From: Octopus vulgaris
Taxonomy: Eukaryota
DNA: 64,000 nt
Assembly (NCBI GenBank): GCA_951406725.2
Contig: OX597824.1
Span: 19,344,001 to 19,408,000 of the forward strand
Direction of reading: 5' to 3'
Part shown: one piece after another, positions 14,939 to 28,350 of the stretch
How positions within the stretch are numbered: the stretch's first letter is position 1
Layout of the letters: the number at the start of each line of letters is the position of its first letter
The notes under the pieces: generated by a model
The model's database searches: none
Seen by the model: only the letters and a program-made list of their open reading frames with translations
Told to the model about the DNA's origin: nothing
Program-made: the position numbers and the translations under genes

Positions 14939-15557
14939 TCTATACTCGTACCATATTTCCATCCATATCGCAGCTACATCACCTCCGCCGCTATACTCCC
15001 ACACACCACCACCACACCACACCACCCCCCCTTTACATTTCACGCCAGTTCTGGTTCTTTCCTCCAAAATGTCCCTCACCACCACCACCACCACCCAGCC
15101 TCACACTCTCCCTCACCCCTCCCACCCTCTCTCTATTTCTCTCTCTCTCTCTCTCTCTCTCCTTTTCTCTCAAAGACTTCATCTCTCACTCATTCCGTCG
15201 CCTCCCCCTTCTCTCTCTCTCTCTCTAATGTTCTTTTATATATGTCTATACGCCATGTTTTTAGCCAGATTTTACTTCCAATTGCGTCTCCTTCTCCTCC
15301 TCCTCCTCCTCCTCCTCCTCAACCCTCTCTTTCGAATTTTCATTACCATTCTCTTTATATATTTATATAGATAGATAATATTCGCTCGTCCTCCCCTCCC
15401 CCCTCTCTTTATTATTCCTTCTCTCCCTGCCCCTCTCTCGATGCCCTTCTTTGCGACCCTCTGTTCCTCTCTCTCTCTTTCTTCCTCTAATATTTCTGTC
15501 TTTTTATTTATCTTCATATTTTTCCTTAACCTAGATACAAACTTTCCTTCTGACTAC

Positions 15558-15636
<79 letters not shown>

Positions 15637-15637
<1 letters not shown>

Positions 15638-15813
15638 GTTCTTTATTGGCACACAGGGCTGCACACAGATGGGACAAGTTACAAGGTAGAGCTTTCTTTG
15701 GGGATGAAAAAAGGGGGGCGTAGGTTTCGATCAAGAGGGATAGATAGATAGGGATCGTGTATCACAGTGTTATGATATATGGTGTAAAGGGAAGCAGTAG
15801 GTTTATCCGTGAG

Positions 15814-15814
<1 letters not shown>
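15637..15814 (-). mobile_element. 5'-truncated 3' end of a Tx1/L1-like LINE within (GATA)n
   Basis: ttctttattggcacacagggctgcacacag..gggacaag matches the 3' UTR at 33054-33260. (GATA)n on both sides. Confidence 0.75.
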
Positions 15815-15848
<34 letters not shown>

Positions 15849-15870
15849 TGACAATATTGACGATAGACTC

Positions 15871-15983
<113 letters not shown>

Positions 15984-16147
15984 CTTTTTCTTTTTATTGG
16001 CCAAACCGGGCTGAACACAGAGGGGACAAAATACAAAGTAGAGCTTTTCTTTTTGGGAAGAGAAGGAAAATAAAATAAAAAGAAAACGGGCAGCGGTAGA
16101 AATTCGATCAAAAGGGATCGTTAAAAAAAGCCGATTTATAGGAATCG

Positions 16148-16148
<1 letters not shown>
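15984..16148 (-). mobile_element. 5'-truncated 3' end of a Tx1/L1-like LINE within (GATA)n
   Basis: tttattggccaaaccgggctgaacacagaggggacaaaatacaaagtagagcttttcttttgggaagagaag is near-identical to 33061-33132. (GATA)n on both sides. Confidence 0.8.
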
Positions 16149-16220
<72 letters not shown>

Positions 16221-16451
16221 GGATGGATGGATGGATGGATGGATGGATGGATGGATGGATGGATGGATGGATGGCCGGATGGCTGGATGGAGGAAGGGAG
16301 GGAGGAAGAGAAATGTATGTATGTACATACATACATACATACATACATACGTACATACATACGTACGTACGTACGTACGCACATGCATACATAGTGGTTG
16401 TCATGTTATAGACACGCATGACCATCACTGATGAATCATCTTATCCTAAAG

Positions 16452-16707
16452 CATTGGTTCTCAACCATTATTTACCTGTAGACCTCCTTGCTTTCCATTT
16501 TCCTCAGGTGGACCCTCACAGCCACTAGATGTTTTAAAAATCCTTGTTATATTTTTTTATCATTAAATATTTCTTGAAATTGTATAAGAAATTGTTCAAA
16601 TATTTTGTGTAGTTCAGAAGTATAAAGAAAATTCCTTTCGCATAAATTTTCACAGAATAGTCTTATAGGGATCTTCGGGGCCTATGGACTCCGGTTCAGA
16701 ACCTCTG
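16452..16707. mobile_element. hAT (Charlie-like) MITE
   Basis: Imperfect TIRs cattggttctcaacc / ggttcagaacctctg resemble the CAGTGGTTCTCAACC type. No clear 8-bp TSD. A similar end occurs at 2829. Confidence 0.55.
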
Positions 16708-16764
16708 TCCATGGTGTTAAAGAAACGACTCTCAGCAATGGCCGTGCTGAAATTTAGAGTCAAT

Positions 16765-17159
16765 GAATGGATGGATGGAAGCACTCCGTCGGTTTCGACG
16801 ACGAGGGTTCCAGTTGATCCGAATCAACGGAACAGCCTGCTCGTGAAATTAACGTGTAAGTGGCTGAGCACTCCACAGACACGTGTACCCTTAACATAGT
16901 TCTCGGGGATATTCAGCGTGACACAGAGAGTGACAAGGCCGGCCCTTTGAAAAACAGGTACAACAGAAACAGGAAGTAAGAGTGAGAGAAAGTTGTGGTG
17001 AAAGAGTACAGCAGGGATCACCACCATCCCCTGCCGGAGCCTCGTGGAGCTTTAGGTGTTTTCGCTCAATAAACACTCACAACGCCCGGTCTGGGAATCG
17101 AAACCGCGATCCTATGACCGCGAGTCCGCTGCCCTAACCACTGGGCCATTGCGCCTCCA
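16765..17159 (-). mobile_element. Full-length SINE family B (tRNA-Arg-like head)
   Basis: Reverse complement of the 40895 unit with a (CCAT)n tail. 11-bp TSD ttagagtcaat at 16754-16764 and 17160-17170. Confidence 0.93.
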
Positions 17160-17493
17160 TTAGAGTCAATAACAGATTGCTAAAACTGATAAGACTCTCA
17201 CCTACAAATTGCTTGAGTCCAGAAATAATTAAGAGCTAGATTTCCGGTTTTGCAATGAGACGGGCGTAGTTTGGCAATTTCTGTCTTCTTGAGGACCTAA
17301 GCGTGCTGCAGTGTAACCTGAATATAATTTTTTTCCCTATGCTTTTAGTTATATCTTTAGCTCAAGTGTGCCGCTGAATTTTGAATAGAATATAAGTGTG
17401 CCGCGAATGAAAAAAGGCTGCAGTGCACTGCAATAGAATATAACTACATATATTTAGATAGATTATATGCATATGTAAACATTTGTCCATATA

Positions 17494-18400
17494 AGAGGTC
17501 TGATCAATAAGTATCCGGACTGTTGCCATAGTAACGAAGCTAATGCACTCAGAGTAAAGCTGCTTGGCATAGATTGACCATGAACTCTGTTGTGTATGCG
17601 CACTAATTTCTATCATTCTAGCTCACTTTCGCTGTTTACAGCACTGCTTGGAAAGAAGGTATGTAGCGTGTGATCGTCGCATTGACTATGACAGGGAAAG
17701 TTCTCATGGCAATAAGAAAGTGTATGGAGAAAGTGTATGGAGGGGAGTGTATGAGCAGAAAGTGTATGGAGGGGAGTGTATGAGCTGCACACAAGTGTAC
17801 GACTGGTTCAGACGTTTCCAAAATGGCCGAAAAAATGTCGATATTGACGAATGTTCTGGGAGACCCACAACCAGCAGAACTGAGAAGAATATAGCAGATG
17901 TGCGTGCAGCTGTGAGGGGAAATTGTCGAATCACCATCCGTGAGTTATCAGAGGATGTGCAGATTAGTTACGGTTCAGTTCAGTCTATTATCAATGAAGA
18001 TTTGGGTATGAAAGGCGTCTCTGCCAAGTTTGTGTCAAAACTGCGTTCAGCTGGCCAAAATTACAGACAGGTTTCAGTTGCACAAGACCTCTCTGATTGC
18101 ATGAAGAATGATAAAACTTTTTGAAAACTTTGCGTAGGTCTCTGAGCAGGTAACATCACGCTTTTGGCAAAATTTGATGCCGATTCTCTACTCAACTTTG
18201 TCATGGTCAATGCGACGATCTCACGCTACACACCTTCCTTCCAAGCACTGCTGTAAACAGCGGAAGCGAACTAGAACAGTAAAACTTAATGTGCATGCAC
18301 AGCAGAATCCAAGGTCAATCTGTACGAAGAAGCTTTACTAGTAACGTGCTTTAGCTTCGTTACTATAGCAACAGTCCAGACACTTGCTGATCAGACCACG
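17494..18400 (+). mobile_element. Non-autonomous mariner with ~200-bp inverted ends and only the HTH DNA-binding region
   Basis: Ends gaggtctgatcaataagtatccggactgttgccatagtaacgaagctaa / ttagcttcgttactatagcaacagtccagacacttgctgatcagaccacg with TA flanks. ORF 17648-18124 has VYDWFRRFQNGR..SGRPTTS..RITIREL..LGMKGVSAKFV and no DDD catalytic domain. Confidence 0.9.
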
Positions 18401-18507
18401 TATACGATTTCTTTGAAATATTTTCTAAATTAACCCTTTGAAAGCGGGAAACGGATATATCCACTCAAAATTTTATTACCGTTAACTGCGGAAAGCGGGT
18501 TTTACCA

Positions 18508-18894
18508 CGCAGTAACCTTATGTTGCGAGCAGCGGAGACACCCCCAATGGACCAAACGACAATTTTTTCTAATTTTCTTCCCTTTATTTATTTATTTATT
18601 TATTTAATTAATTTATTTATTTTTGTGACATATTTCATCAAATATTTCCTTACAGAACAAAAATCAAACACTTTTAATGGTAGATATGAAAAGGGTTCCC
18701 GAAAAAAATATCGCAGAAGCAGAAAAATATACGTTTTTTATTGGTGGTAGGAGAATAATTAAAATCGTTTCGGAAATGACCGTGAAATTTAATTACGTTG
18801 TCAAAGGGTTAATGTTTTATGCGTATTTAACAGTCTGTGATACCATTACAAGACAATTTCGGTTTCTCTAGCAAGAATTGCAAAGGTTACTGCG
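18508..18894. mobile_element. Possible MITE bounded by a 12-bp inverted repeat
   Basis: cgcagtaacctt (18508-18519) / aaggttactgcg (18883-18894) around an AT-rich interior. Confidence 0.35.
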
Positions 18895-19085
18895 AGCTAA
18901 GGGACAATATCGGAAAAGAAAAGAAAAGAGAAAAAAAAGGTACCAACAATGAAATCATCCAATGTTACATCTTTTTTTTTAAAAAATCCCTTACATGATG
19001 CAGACACTTAATGGTGGTGGTGATGGTGGTGGTGGTAGTGGTGATGGTGGTGGTGGTGGATAGTGTTTGTGCGTGTGACAGAGAG

Positions 19086-19159
<74 letters not shown>

Positions 19160-19248
19160 TGTATGAATGTGGATGTTAAGTACATTTTTTTTGCACTTTG
19201 CTGATACATTACTTTGTTACAATTCTAAATATTGTTAACTGTAAGACT

Positions 19249-19375
19249 AACAGCAACAGCAGCAACAGTAGCAGCAGTAGCAGCAGTAGCAGTAGTAGTA
19301 GTAGCATTAGTAGTAATAGTAGTAGTAGTAGTTGCAGCAGCATCAGCAGCATCAGTAGCAGTACCTGCAGTAGTG

Positions 19376-19433
<58 letters not shown>

Positions 19434-19438
19434 CAGTG

Positions 19439-19531
<93 letters not shown>

Positions 19532-19576
19532 CATTAGCAGCAGCAGCGTCAGCAGCAGCAGCAGCAGCAGCAGCGT

Positions 19577-19620
<44 letters not shown>

Positions 19621-19640
19621 TCAGCAGCAGCAGCAGCATC

Positions 19641-19726
<86 letters not shown>

Positions 19727-19748
19727 CAGCAGCAGTAGTAGTAGTAGC

Positions 19749-19804
<56 letters not shown>
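19249..19804. repeat. (AGT)n/(AGC)n microsatellite
   Basis: Directly visible. Confidence 0.95.
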
Positions 19805-20081
19805 GTGGCTAATTATCTTTCAGCCAATAAAATTTCTTATTTTTCAATCAATCATTTCGTTTGACTTAGATTATTTATCCCGTTTCATAATTCTAATCAT
19901 TATCAATCATTCTTCATAACTCATCACCATCATCATCATTAGCAAGAACGAGAACTGATCTCGTGAAAAATTAGCACAGCAATCGCGCGCGCGCGCTCTT
20001 TTATATATGAGTGTGACTGCATATGTATATGTATATATATTCATATATACGCGTGTGTGTGTGTATGCATATATGTATGTG

Positions 20082-20120
<39 letters not shown>

Positions 20121-22265
20121 CCATATGTGTAAATAAGTTTGTATGTATATGTACATATGTGTATACGTACCTATGTAAATATGTTTATATGTGTGTGTAT
20201 ATATATGCGTATGTATGTATGTATGTATGTATGTATGGTAGATAACTTGATCTGGGACCGTGAGTTGAAAGTCAAACAATTATTTCCTGTAAGAGCCAAT
20301 TAGCCAATTAAAACGAACACGTAAACTAATTAGATTCATTTTCAGTTTATTTAGTTTCACTTCTAATTTATGTTAATTTATTGAAGCTACTAAATTCGCT
20401 TTTAATCTCTTTCATTTAATTCAATGAAAGTAGATTAAAAACAATTTTTTCGTGAAATTTTCATCACACCACTGCGTCCTGACAAATTTCCACTACAACA
20501 GTTTGGAAGTTTGTTAATGATCAGTTTTTAAAGATCTAAGTGTTATCTTTGTTTTTCTTCGTATTGAATGCACCAACTAATGAGTCTGCTACGTTTATGT
20601 TGACTGACTTAGATCTCATGACTTTGACTGGTTACCGACCTCTCATCATTAGCCACTTTTAAGTTCCGTTGTTTGGGTTTTAAACATTGCACATATCATT
20701 ATCATGTTTCTGCCTATATTTTCTTCTTCATTTGGAGATTACTTTTGAATCTATATTGGTAGAAATGGAAGCTGGTTTCTTTTCAATATAGCTATTCCAG
20801 TGCTCACTGAATCATTTACCTACACTACGATCTGTTGCGCCTATATAAGCTTCAAGAAGCACAAGTACTAACCTCGATAGAACTTGTGTATGGGAGGAAG
20901 CCTAACAATGAGTTTAATAAAAAAAAATATTTTCATTGTTTTTTCCTCAGATATATCATCTCGTATTTCGTTTTCAAAAGAAGATTTAACGATACAGAAA
21001 GGAATAGTGAGAAAGAGAACTCGATGAACAAAATAGAGTTGATAAAGATAGATGTGAATCCCTTCGCTTGAAGCTTGGAAAATACCAGAGGAAAAATTCA
21101 ACGTGTGACAGCAACAGTTTTAGCAGCATATAAGAATTTACCGTCAGTGAGACACAAAGCCATTTCATAAAGATGTTTTAGATCGAATATACCAGATAAG
21201 CTAAACATAAAATTATGCTGATTTTTGTCCATTTTCTTTTTCTTTTGTTTTTGTTTTTATTTTTTCGAAATTATGGTTTGGCCTTCCAATGTGCTCGAGC
21301 TTTACTCAACAGAATGTTCTGAAAACTAACCATTATACACACGCACACACACACACACACATACTCTCTCTCTCTCTCACACACATACTCTCTCTCTCTC
21401 TCACACACACATACACACACACACACACACACACTCACACACACACATGTATAATGAAAAGGTTAACATTGACTTCGAAGTTTCAGTTTGATCGTCTCCG
21501 GTGCAACCTGTATCACAGTCTAACGAAGGCAAACAACCCGAAACGTCCAAGACATACTGGCATTTTCATTGAAAAAATGTAATAATCAAGTACACAACTA
21601 ATATAAATTGTTATTATGTATAACTTGATATACTCTTCCGGCCTCTGGTAATCCTGGCCGACAGGTTTTCCATAACTTGGTACTCCATTCAGGTACTCCA
21701 AGTCCTGAAGCAGGAACACAGAAAAATCCTCCGCGAATTTTATAAAATTTTCACAAATTTTGCTGGCGAGACGCTCACCAAACAACACGTCTCACAATGA
21801 GTAAAAATATTCATTTAATGTGAACAGTCTTATCCCAACTGCAGGCAGACTAGAGTCCACACAGCCAGACTACTTACCACACAGCCACTCCTGTATATAT
21901 TTAGGAAACAATGAATTTTGGAAGAACGTTGGAGTTATACAGAGAGAAGGGTCGGTTGGGTGTCAGTTGTCTAAAGTATATCGTATGATCGATATTTAAG
22001 CTGTGATAAATTCAATATGGAATAGCGATTGTGCTTAGACCGGGCAGCTTCATTTATTAATCATTTGACCTCTTTAATTTAGTCATAAGACTAATGAGTT
22101 TAAAACTAGTTCGTTTTTCCCCGTTATGAATAAGCACAGCAATGCACTAGTTCCAGCGTTCGAACCTCAGAAAAGGAGATGTGGGGGAAAAAAGCCAGAC
22201 TCATTATTTTCAATTCGGTTTTCGTGCCTACCCTCGCCTTTTGTCATGAGTATTGAACAAAGACC

Positions 22266-22679
22266 TATTTCTTTACTATCCACAAGGGGCTAAACACAGA
22301 GGGGACAAACAAGGACAGACAAACGGATTAAGTCGATTACAGCGACCCCAGTGCGTAACTGGTACCTATTTAATCGACCCCGAAAGGATGAAAGGCAAAG
22401 TCGACATCGGTGGAATTTGAACTCAGAACGTAACGGCAGACGAAATTCCTATTTCTTTACTACCCACAAGGGGCTAACACAGAGAGGACAAACAAGGACA
22501 GACAAATGGATTAAGTCGATTATATCGACCCCAGCGCGTAACTGGTACTTAATTTATCGACCCCGAAAGAATGAAAGGCAAAGTCGACCTCGGCGGAATT
22601 TGAACTCAGAACGTAGCGGCAGACAAAATACCGCTCAGCATTTCGCCCGGCGTGCTAACGTTTCTGCCAGCTCGTAGCC
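22266..22679 (-). mobile_element. Head-to-tail dimeric SINE family C
   Basis: A ~183-bp core is present twice. 13-bp TSD ttgaacaaagacc at 22253-22265 and 22680-22692. Confidence 0.9.
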
Positions 22680-22692
22680 TTGAACAAAGACC

Positions 22693-22949
22693 AAAAGAGT
22701 TCGATCGCGAATACGAGAGACCGAAATACTGTTCCTCCGAAGGACCTCTGGAGTAACGATACTCGACAGGATGCTGAGTCTGAGATCAGAAAGTTTCTCA
22801 AGTTTGATCCGCTACTTATTTGCACTGAGTGGTCACAGTTCCAGTTCTACGGTCATGTGATTAGAATGTTGTAAGACAGAATCGCAACACGGATTCTTGA
22901 AGCCGAACCAACCAACAGGAGACCTTGGGATAGATCAACAACGAGACAC
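22693..22949 (+). pseudogene. RTE-clade (Rex3/Expander-like) LINE ORF C-terminal fragment; resumes about 23340-23400
   Basis: Translates as SEIRKFLKFDPLLICTEWSQFQFYGHVIRML*DRIATRILEAEPTNRRPWDRS, then WSRLGIQP after the CR1 insert. Resembles the RTE post-RT region. Confidence 0.65.
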
Positions 22950-23337
22950 TTGGATAAACGACGACGCCGTGGTGATCTCATTCTTGCTCACATCATAAGC
23001 GGAAAGTGTAACCTCTCGAAAGAGCTGTTCTTCACTCCTGTTCCAGAGCGTCGGCTGCGGGGTCACTCCGAAAAGCTCTATCTGCTACGATTTCATCTCA
23101 ATCGAAGGAGAGGGGCTTTCTCCGTCCGGGTTGCGGATCCGTGGAATAAGCTGCCGGACGAGATAGTGAATATGCCGACGACCGCTCGGTTCAAAGTCTC
23201 CCTTGACCACAAATGGCCTGAACTCTTTGCATGAGCACCACCCTGTACATAACTCCATGTCCCCCTATACGGCCTTGCTTTTTGCTTTTTGAGCCAAATA
23301 ATTAACTTAACTTAACTAACTAACTTAACTTAACTAA
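22950..23337 (+). mobile_element. 5'-truncated CR1-clade LINE 3' end
   Basis: KRRRRGDLILA..RLRGHSEKL..FSVRVADPWNKLPDEIV motif, short 3' UTR and (TAACT)n tail. Confidence 0.88.
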
Positions 23338-24228
23338 CCACAGTCGCATTTGGTCGCGCCTGGGAATCCAGCCAAAAAGTCTGCCGTTCAAGAATTTGGA
23401 CCTGGAGATCTCCATTTCCAGCGACTTCGAGGGCCACCTCCCAGTGGTGTCGGGCGTCAACGAAGAGCCCTCGACTACAACAAGACGACCAAAGTTTTTT
23501 TTTTTTCCAAGGTTTGGGCTCTCCCGCCTCTAAGCCCTAGACTATGACCCTTACCCATCTTGTTGCTTAACAACAACAATCAAAAGTCTAATAACTGTTG
23601 ACTCTGATAGAATCCTATGAAGGTACGTGAGGGCCCTACCCCATCGACACTCCCAAGAAGAGTGGTCGGAGAAAAGGGGTGGAGTAAAAGTGGGACGTTC
23701 ATAGCAAATTTTAAGATGTTGGAATTAAATAAACTTGTGAAGTCTAAACTTAAACATCGACACTTAAATAGTAGGAGGTTAAAAACCTTTAATGGACTGG
23801 AATATACTGTGTACAAACTATTTATATCAAAAAATAAAATTAAACGAAATATTGCATTTTGGAAAATTGTAATGCAATAACATAAATTACAGTTAGGATT
23901 AAGAATATTTTCAGAAAATATTTCATTACATTAAGAAACGAGAATGTGATACAATCTCGTCAGCCTCCAGTTCTAAAATTTCAAATTAAAGTAAATATAT
24001 TATGCGTTGTTGGCCCAGGTACGTTACATCCAATAACGAATTTAATATGTTAAAATCATTCTATGACGTATGTGGGTTCGGAGACGCCGCATTAAGTTAA
24101 TCAACAAGAGCATGTGGGTGGTTTTCAAAACAAGTTACATTTAAAAATTGTGATCTCAAGATTTTAGAAATCAAAGGATTTTAAACAGCTTCGATTTCTA
24201 ACTGATAAACGTTAAGGGATGAATTTAT

Positions 24229-24609
24229 GGATGGATGGAAGCACTCCGTCGGTTACGACGACGAGGGTTCCGGTTGATCCGAATCAACGGAACAGCCTTC
24301 TCGTGAAATTAACGTGTAAGTGGCTGAGCACTCCACAGACACGTGTACCCTTAACGTAGTTCTCGGGGATATTCAGCGTGACACAGAGAGTGACAAGGCC
24401 GGCCCTTTGAAATACAGGTACAACAGAAACAGGAAGTAAGAGTGAGAGAAAGTTGTGGTGAAAGAGTACAGTAGGGATCACCAACCATCCCCTGCAGGAG
24501 CCTCGTGGAGCTTTTAGGTGTTTTCGCTCAATAAACACTCACAACGCTCGGTCTGGGAATCGAAACCGCGAGTCCGCTGCCCTAACCACTGGGCCATTGC
24601 GCCTCCACT
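24229..24609 (-). mobile_element. SINE family B
   Basis: Near-identical to 16765-17159 with a small head deletion. 11-bp TSD gatgaatttat at 24218-24228 and 24610-24620. Confidence 0.93.
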
Positions 24610-24680
24610 GATGAATTTATAACAGAGGGTTGAAAACTCCATTCAGTAATGCGATCGGAGCTACATATTTACATATATAC

Positions 24681-24905
24681 TTTTACTTTACTTTACTTTT
24701 ACTTGTTTCAGTCGTTTTGACTGCGGCCATGCTGGAGCACCGCCTTTAATCGAGCAACTCGACCCCGGGACTCATTCTTTGTAAGCCCAGTACTTATTCT
24801 ATCGGTCTCTTTTTGCCGAACCGCTAAGTGACGGGGACGTAAACACACCAGCATCGGTTGTCAAGCAATGCTAGGGGGACAAACACAGACATACAAACAT
24901 ACACG

Positions 24906-24939
<34 letters not shown>

Positions 24940-25088
24940 CATATATACATATATACGACAGGCTTCTTTCAGTTTCCGTCTACCAAATCCACTCACAAGG
25001 CTTTGAAGACAATTGCCCAAGGTGCCACGCAGTGGGACTGAACCCGGAACCATGTAGTTGGTAAACGAGCTACTTACCACACAGCCAC
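24681..25088 (-). mobile_element. SINE family A
   Basis: Reverse complement of the family A unit with a small internal deletion. Confidence 0.9.
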
Positions 25089-25190
25089 AAACGTGTTTCA
25101 TAAATTACTTGTTTTCAAGTTTTAGGAAAATGCCTTAAAATAATATACAATATAGTATAAATATTAGAATAATCTTCCCCTTTATTATAA

Positions 25191-25686
25191 TCTCTATATA
25201 TAAAGCTAAAGTTGTCTGTGTGTGGCAGGTTTTGTAGCCTTCAACTAACACTATCTCCTCCGAGACCCTAGGGCGCAAGTTGACCAAAATTGAGAGTATG
25301 ATAGAAGAAGGCTTGCTCTTCCTTCCGTAGAAGAAAAAATTCAAATCGGACCATGTTAACACCAAAAATTATTTACATCAAAAAGATGCTTTTTTCTATG
25401 AAAATCCCTATTTTTTTACGATTTTTTGACTGCTGTGTCGCCATTTTTCGGTGTATTTCAACTAGAAAAATGTTCACTTAAAGAGAATAACAAGCTACAT
25501 TATGCAACATATCCCCATTTTTTACGATTTTTTGACTGCTGTGTCGCCATTTTTCGGTGTATTTCAACCAGAAAAATGTTCACTTAAAGAGAATAACAAG
25601 CTACATAATGCAACATTTTTACTTTTCAAAAATTCCAATTCTAAAGGGTCAAAACAAACCCAAGCAACGCCGGGCGATACTGCTAG
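25191..25686 (+). mobile_element. Non-autonomous Helitron
   Basis: 5' end A|TCTCTATATATAAAG, subterminal GC hairpin ccc(a/g)agcaacgccggg, 3' end CTAG|T. Internal ~108-bp tandem duplication (about 25404-25615). Second copy at about 59421-59811. Confidence 0.85.
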
Positions 25687-26226
25687 TTGATAATAAAATT
25701 CACTCCCTGATAGTAAACTGCAGTTTCTGCGGAATTACTCGTGGCACACGTAGGTGATTGAGGAAGAATGCGAGATCTCATTCGTCTGTTTGAATTCAGA
25801 AGTACTGGACTTTGGATATATGCTGTTCGATGGCGCTTGGTCGAGTACGTATGTTAATTACCAGTGCTCTCAAATTTAAAATTGAAATACTAAACTGAAG
25901 ACGGGAGTAAGTGAATAGAAATATGATTTTAAATCTTTTTACATCTCTTTAACCCAGAAACACGTATATAGTTAATCAAAGCCGGGTGGATTCGATACTT
26001 TTTCTCTTTACCTGCGTGAGTTGTTGAGTATTGCTGTCTGGGAGATATCTTATAGTAGTGGAATAGTATTTAACTGCTATTTCTAAATTTTGGCAAGTGG
26101 TGAAGCAAATTTTGCTGAACCCTAATTATAATTATGCTCATTAATTAAAGAATTTTTGTATAATTATTAGAATTTATAAATGCCATAGGTAGGTCTGTAT
26201 ATTATACAATATTACACTTTATAATA

Positions 26227-26655
26227 TTGGTTTCAAATTTTGGTTCAAGGCCAGCAAGATTCGGGGTTGGGGTAAGTCGATCACCTCGACTCCAGTCCTT
26301 AACAAGTGCTTGTTTTATCGACCCCGAAATGGATGAAAGGCAAAGTTACCCTGGGTGGAATTTGAACTCAGAACGTGAAGACGGACGAAATGCTGTTAAG
26401 CATTTTGCCCGGCACTGCAACGCTTCTTATTTCTTTATTACCCACAAGGGGCTAAACATAGAGGGGACAAACAAGGACAGACAAAGGGATTGAGTCGATT
26501 ACATCGACCCCAGTGCGTAACTGGTACTTAAATTATCGACCCCGAAAGGATGAAAGGCAAAGTCGACCTCGGCAGAATTTGAACTCAGAACATAAAGATA
26601 GAGGAAATATCGCTAAGCATTTCGCCCGGCGTGCTAACGATTCTGCCATCTCGCC
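26227..26655 (-). mobile_element. Composite SINE family C (young monomer joined to older variant)
   Basis: Two gtcga..ggtact..tcgaccccgaaaggatgaaaggcaaagt cores with junction aacgcttcttatttcttta. Confidence 0.85.
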
Positions 26656-26855
26656 AACCTTGTTATGCTTCATTATATTAAAACTAGATTAGCGATGGGT
26701 GGGCAGCTGAAACGATCGTCCCTGCACCGGGAACCGGACAACATGTTTAGCGGCGTTTTCTCCAGCCCTTTACATTACGAGTTCAAACGACACAGGAGTC
26801 GATACTGCCTTTTATCCTTTCGAGGTCGATAACATTACACAGTTGCTTCCAAATT

Positions 26856-27112
26856 GATGACCCCCTTCGGTCAGACAATGACCATGGGTTTGCACCTAGA
26901 GAGTTACCCTCTGAGGCACAAGTCTGGGCAAGGTTGTTTTATGGAAGACCAGCAGTCGCCCATGCATACCGGCCTCCCCTCTCCACGTCACCGATGTTGT
27001 CCAAGGGAAAGGCAACGGCCGATACAGCTTGGTACCTGTGACGTCGCAACTCATTTCTACAGCTGAGTGAACTGGAGCAACGTGAAATAAAGTGTCTTCC
27101 TCAAGAACACAA
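26856..27112 (-). mobile_element. CORE-like SINE, family D (body and tail)
   Basis: Minus strand gtgttcttgaggaagacactttatttcacgttgctccagttcactcagctg is shared with 40500-40575 and 40855-40892. The 3' tail is distinct. Confidence 0.7.
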
Positions 27113-27148
27113 CTGGCTGCTTTTCTACCAAAATTAAAATGGATTTTA

Positions 27149-27584
27149 TTGGTTTCAAATTTTGGCACAAGGCTAGTAATTTCGAAGGAGGGGGTAAGTC
27201 GATTACATTGAAAACCAGTACACATCTGCTACTTATTTCATCGATCTCGAAAGGGAGGAAGGGCAAAGTCCACCTCTGTGGTATTTAAACTTAGAACGTT
27301 AAGACGGACGAAATGACGCTATGCGTTTTGGTCGGCGTACTAACGCTTCTTATTTCTTTACTGCCCATAAGGGGCTAAACATAGAGGGGACAAACAAGGA
27401 CAGACAAACGGATCAAGTCGATTACATCGACCCCCAGTGCGTAACTGGTACTTAATTTATCGACCCCGAGAGGATGAAAGGCAAAGTCAACCTCGGCGGA
27501 ATTTGAACTCAGAACGTAACGGCAGACGAAATACGGCTACGCATTTCGCCCGGCGTGCTAACGTCTCTGCCAGCTCGTCGCCTT
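27149..27584 (-). mobile_element. Composite SINE family C
   Basis: Same architecture and junction as 26227-26655. Confidence 0.85.
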
Positions 27585-28065
27585 ACAATGGATTAAATTG
27601 ACGACTAGGGGCTGGGATGTCTGTATTTCCATTCATTCTTTTATTTGTTTCAGTCATTTAACAGCGGCCATGCTGGAGCACCGCTTTTAGTCGAACAAAT
27701 CGACCCCAGAACTTACTCTTTGTAAGGCTAGTACTTATTCTATAAGTTTGAGCGTTTTGTGTTGGTGGGGGATATTATGTGTGTGTACGTGTTGGTTCCT
27801 CTCAGAGAAACATAATTTTTATTGAACACCTAATACTTTTTGGTGAATATTTTCTTAAATACTTTCTTGTAAAGTGTTTTTAACATTTTCTTATTATTAT
27901 GAAAGAATGTATATCTGTATTGTAATACTTTTGGGACAACCAGTACTTAACACAACAAAGCTCATACAAAGCTTTACATTTTACTTTTGACAATCGTTTT
28001 CTAAAAAGTGTGAAACCGGTCAAGTGAATAAACATCTTTAAAATTGCATTTTCAAACCTTCTTTC

Positions 28066-28104
<39 letters not shown>

Positions 28105-28105
<1 letters not shown>

Positions 28106-28325
28106 ATTCTTTTCTACTCTTAGGCACAAGGCCTGAAAGTTTTGGGGTAGGGGGCCAGTCGATTAGACCGACCACAGTACACGACTGGTACTTAATTTAT
28201 CGACCCCGAAACGATGAAAGGAAAGTCGACCTCGACAGAAATTGAACTCAGAACAGACAAAACACCGCTCGAAACACTGCTAAGCATTTCACCCAACGTG
28301 CTAACGTTTCCGACAGCTCGCCGCC
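28105..28325 (-). mobile_element. SINE family C variant
   Basis: ggcacaaggcctgaaa...ggtacttaatttatcgaccccgaaacgatgaaagg...agctcgccgcc. Confidence 0.8.
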
Positions 28326-28350
28326 TCATTTATATATTTATATATTTATA

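Noticed and set aside
21513-21788. 91-aa minus-strand ORF of ordinary composition
   Set aside because: Non-ATG start, no recognisable motif and no convincing splice sites. It cannot be supported without homology data.
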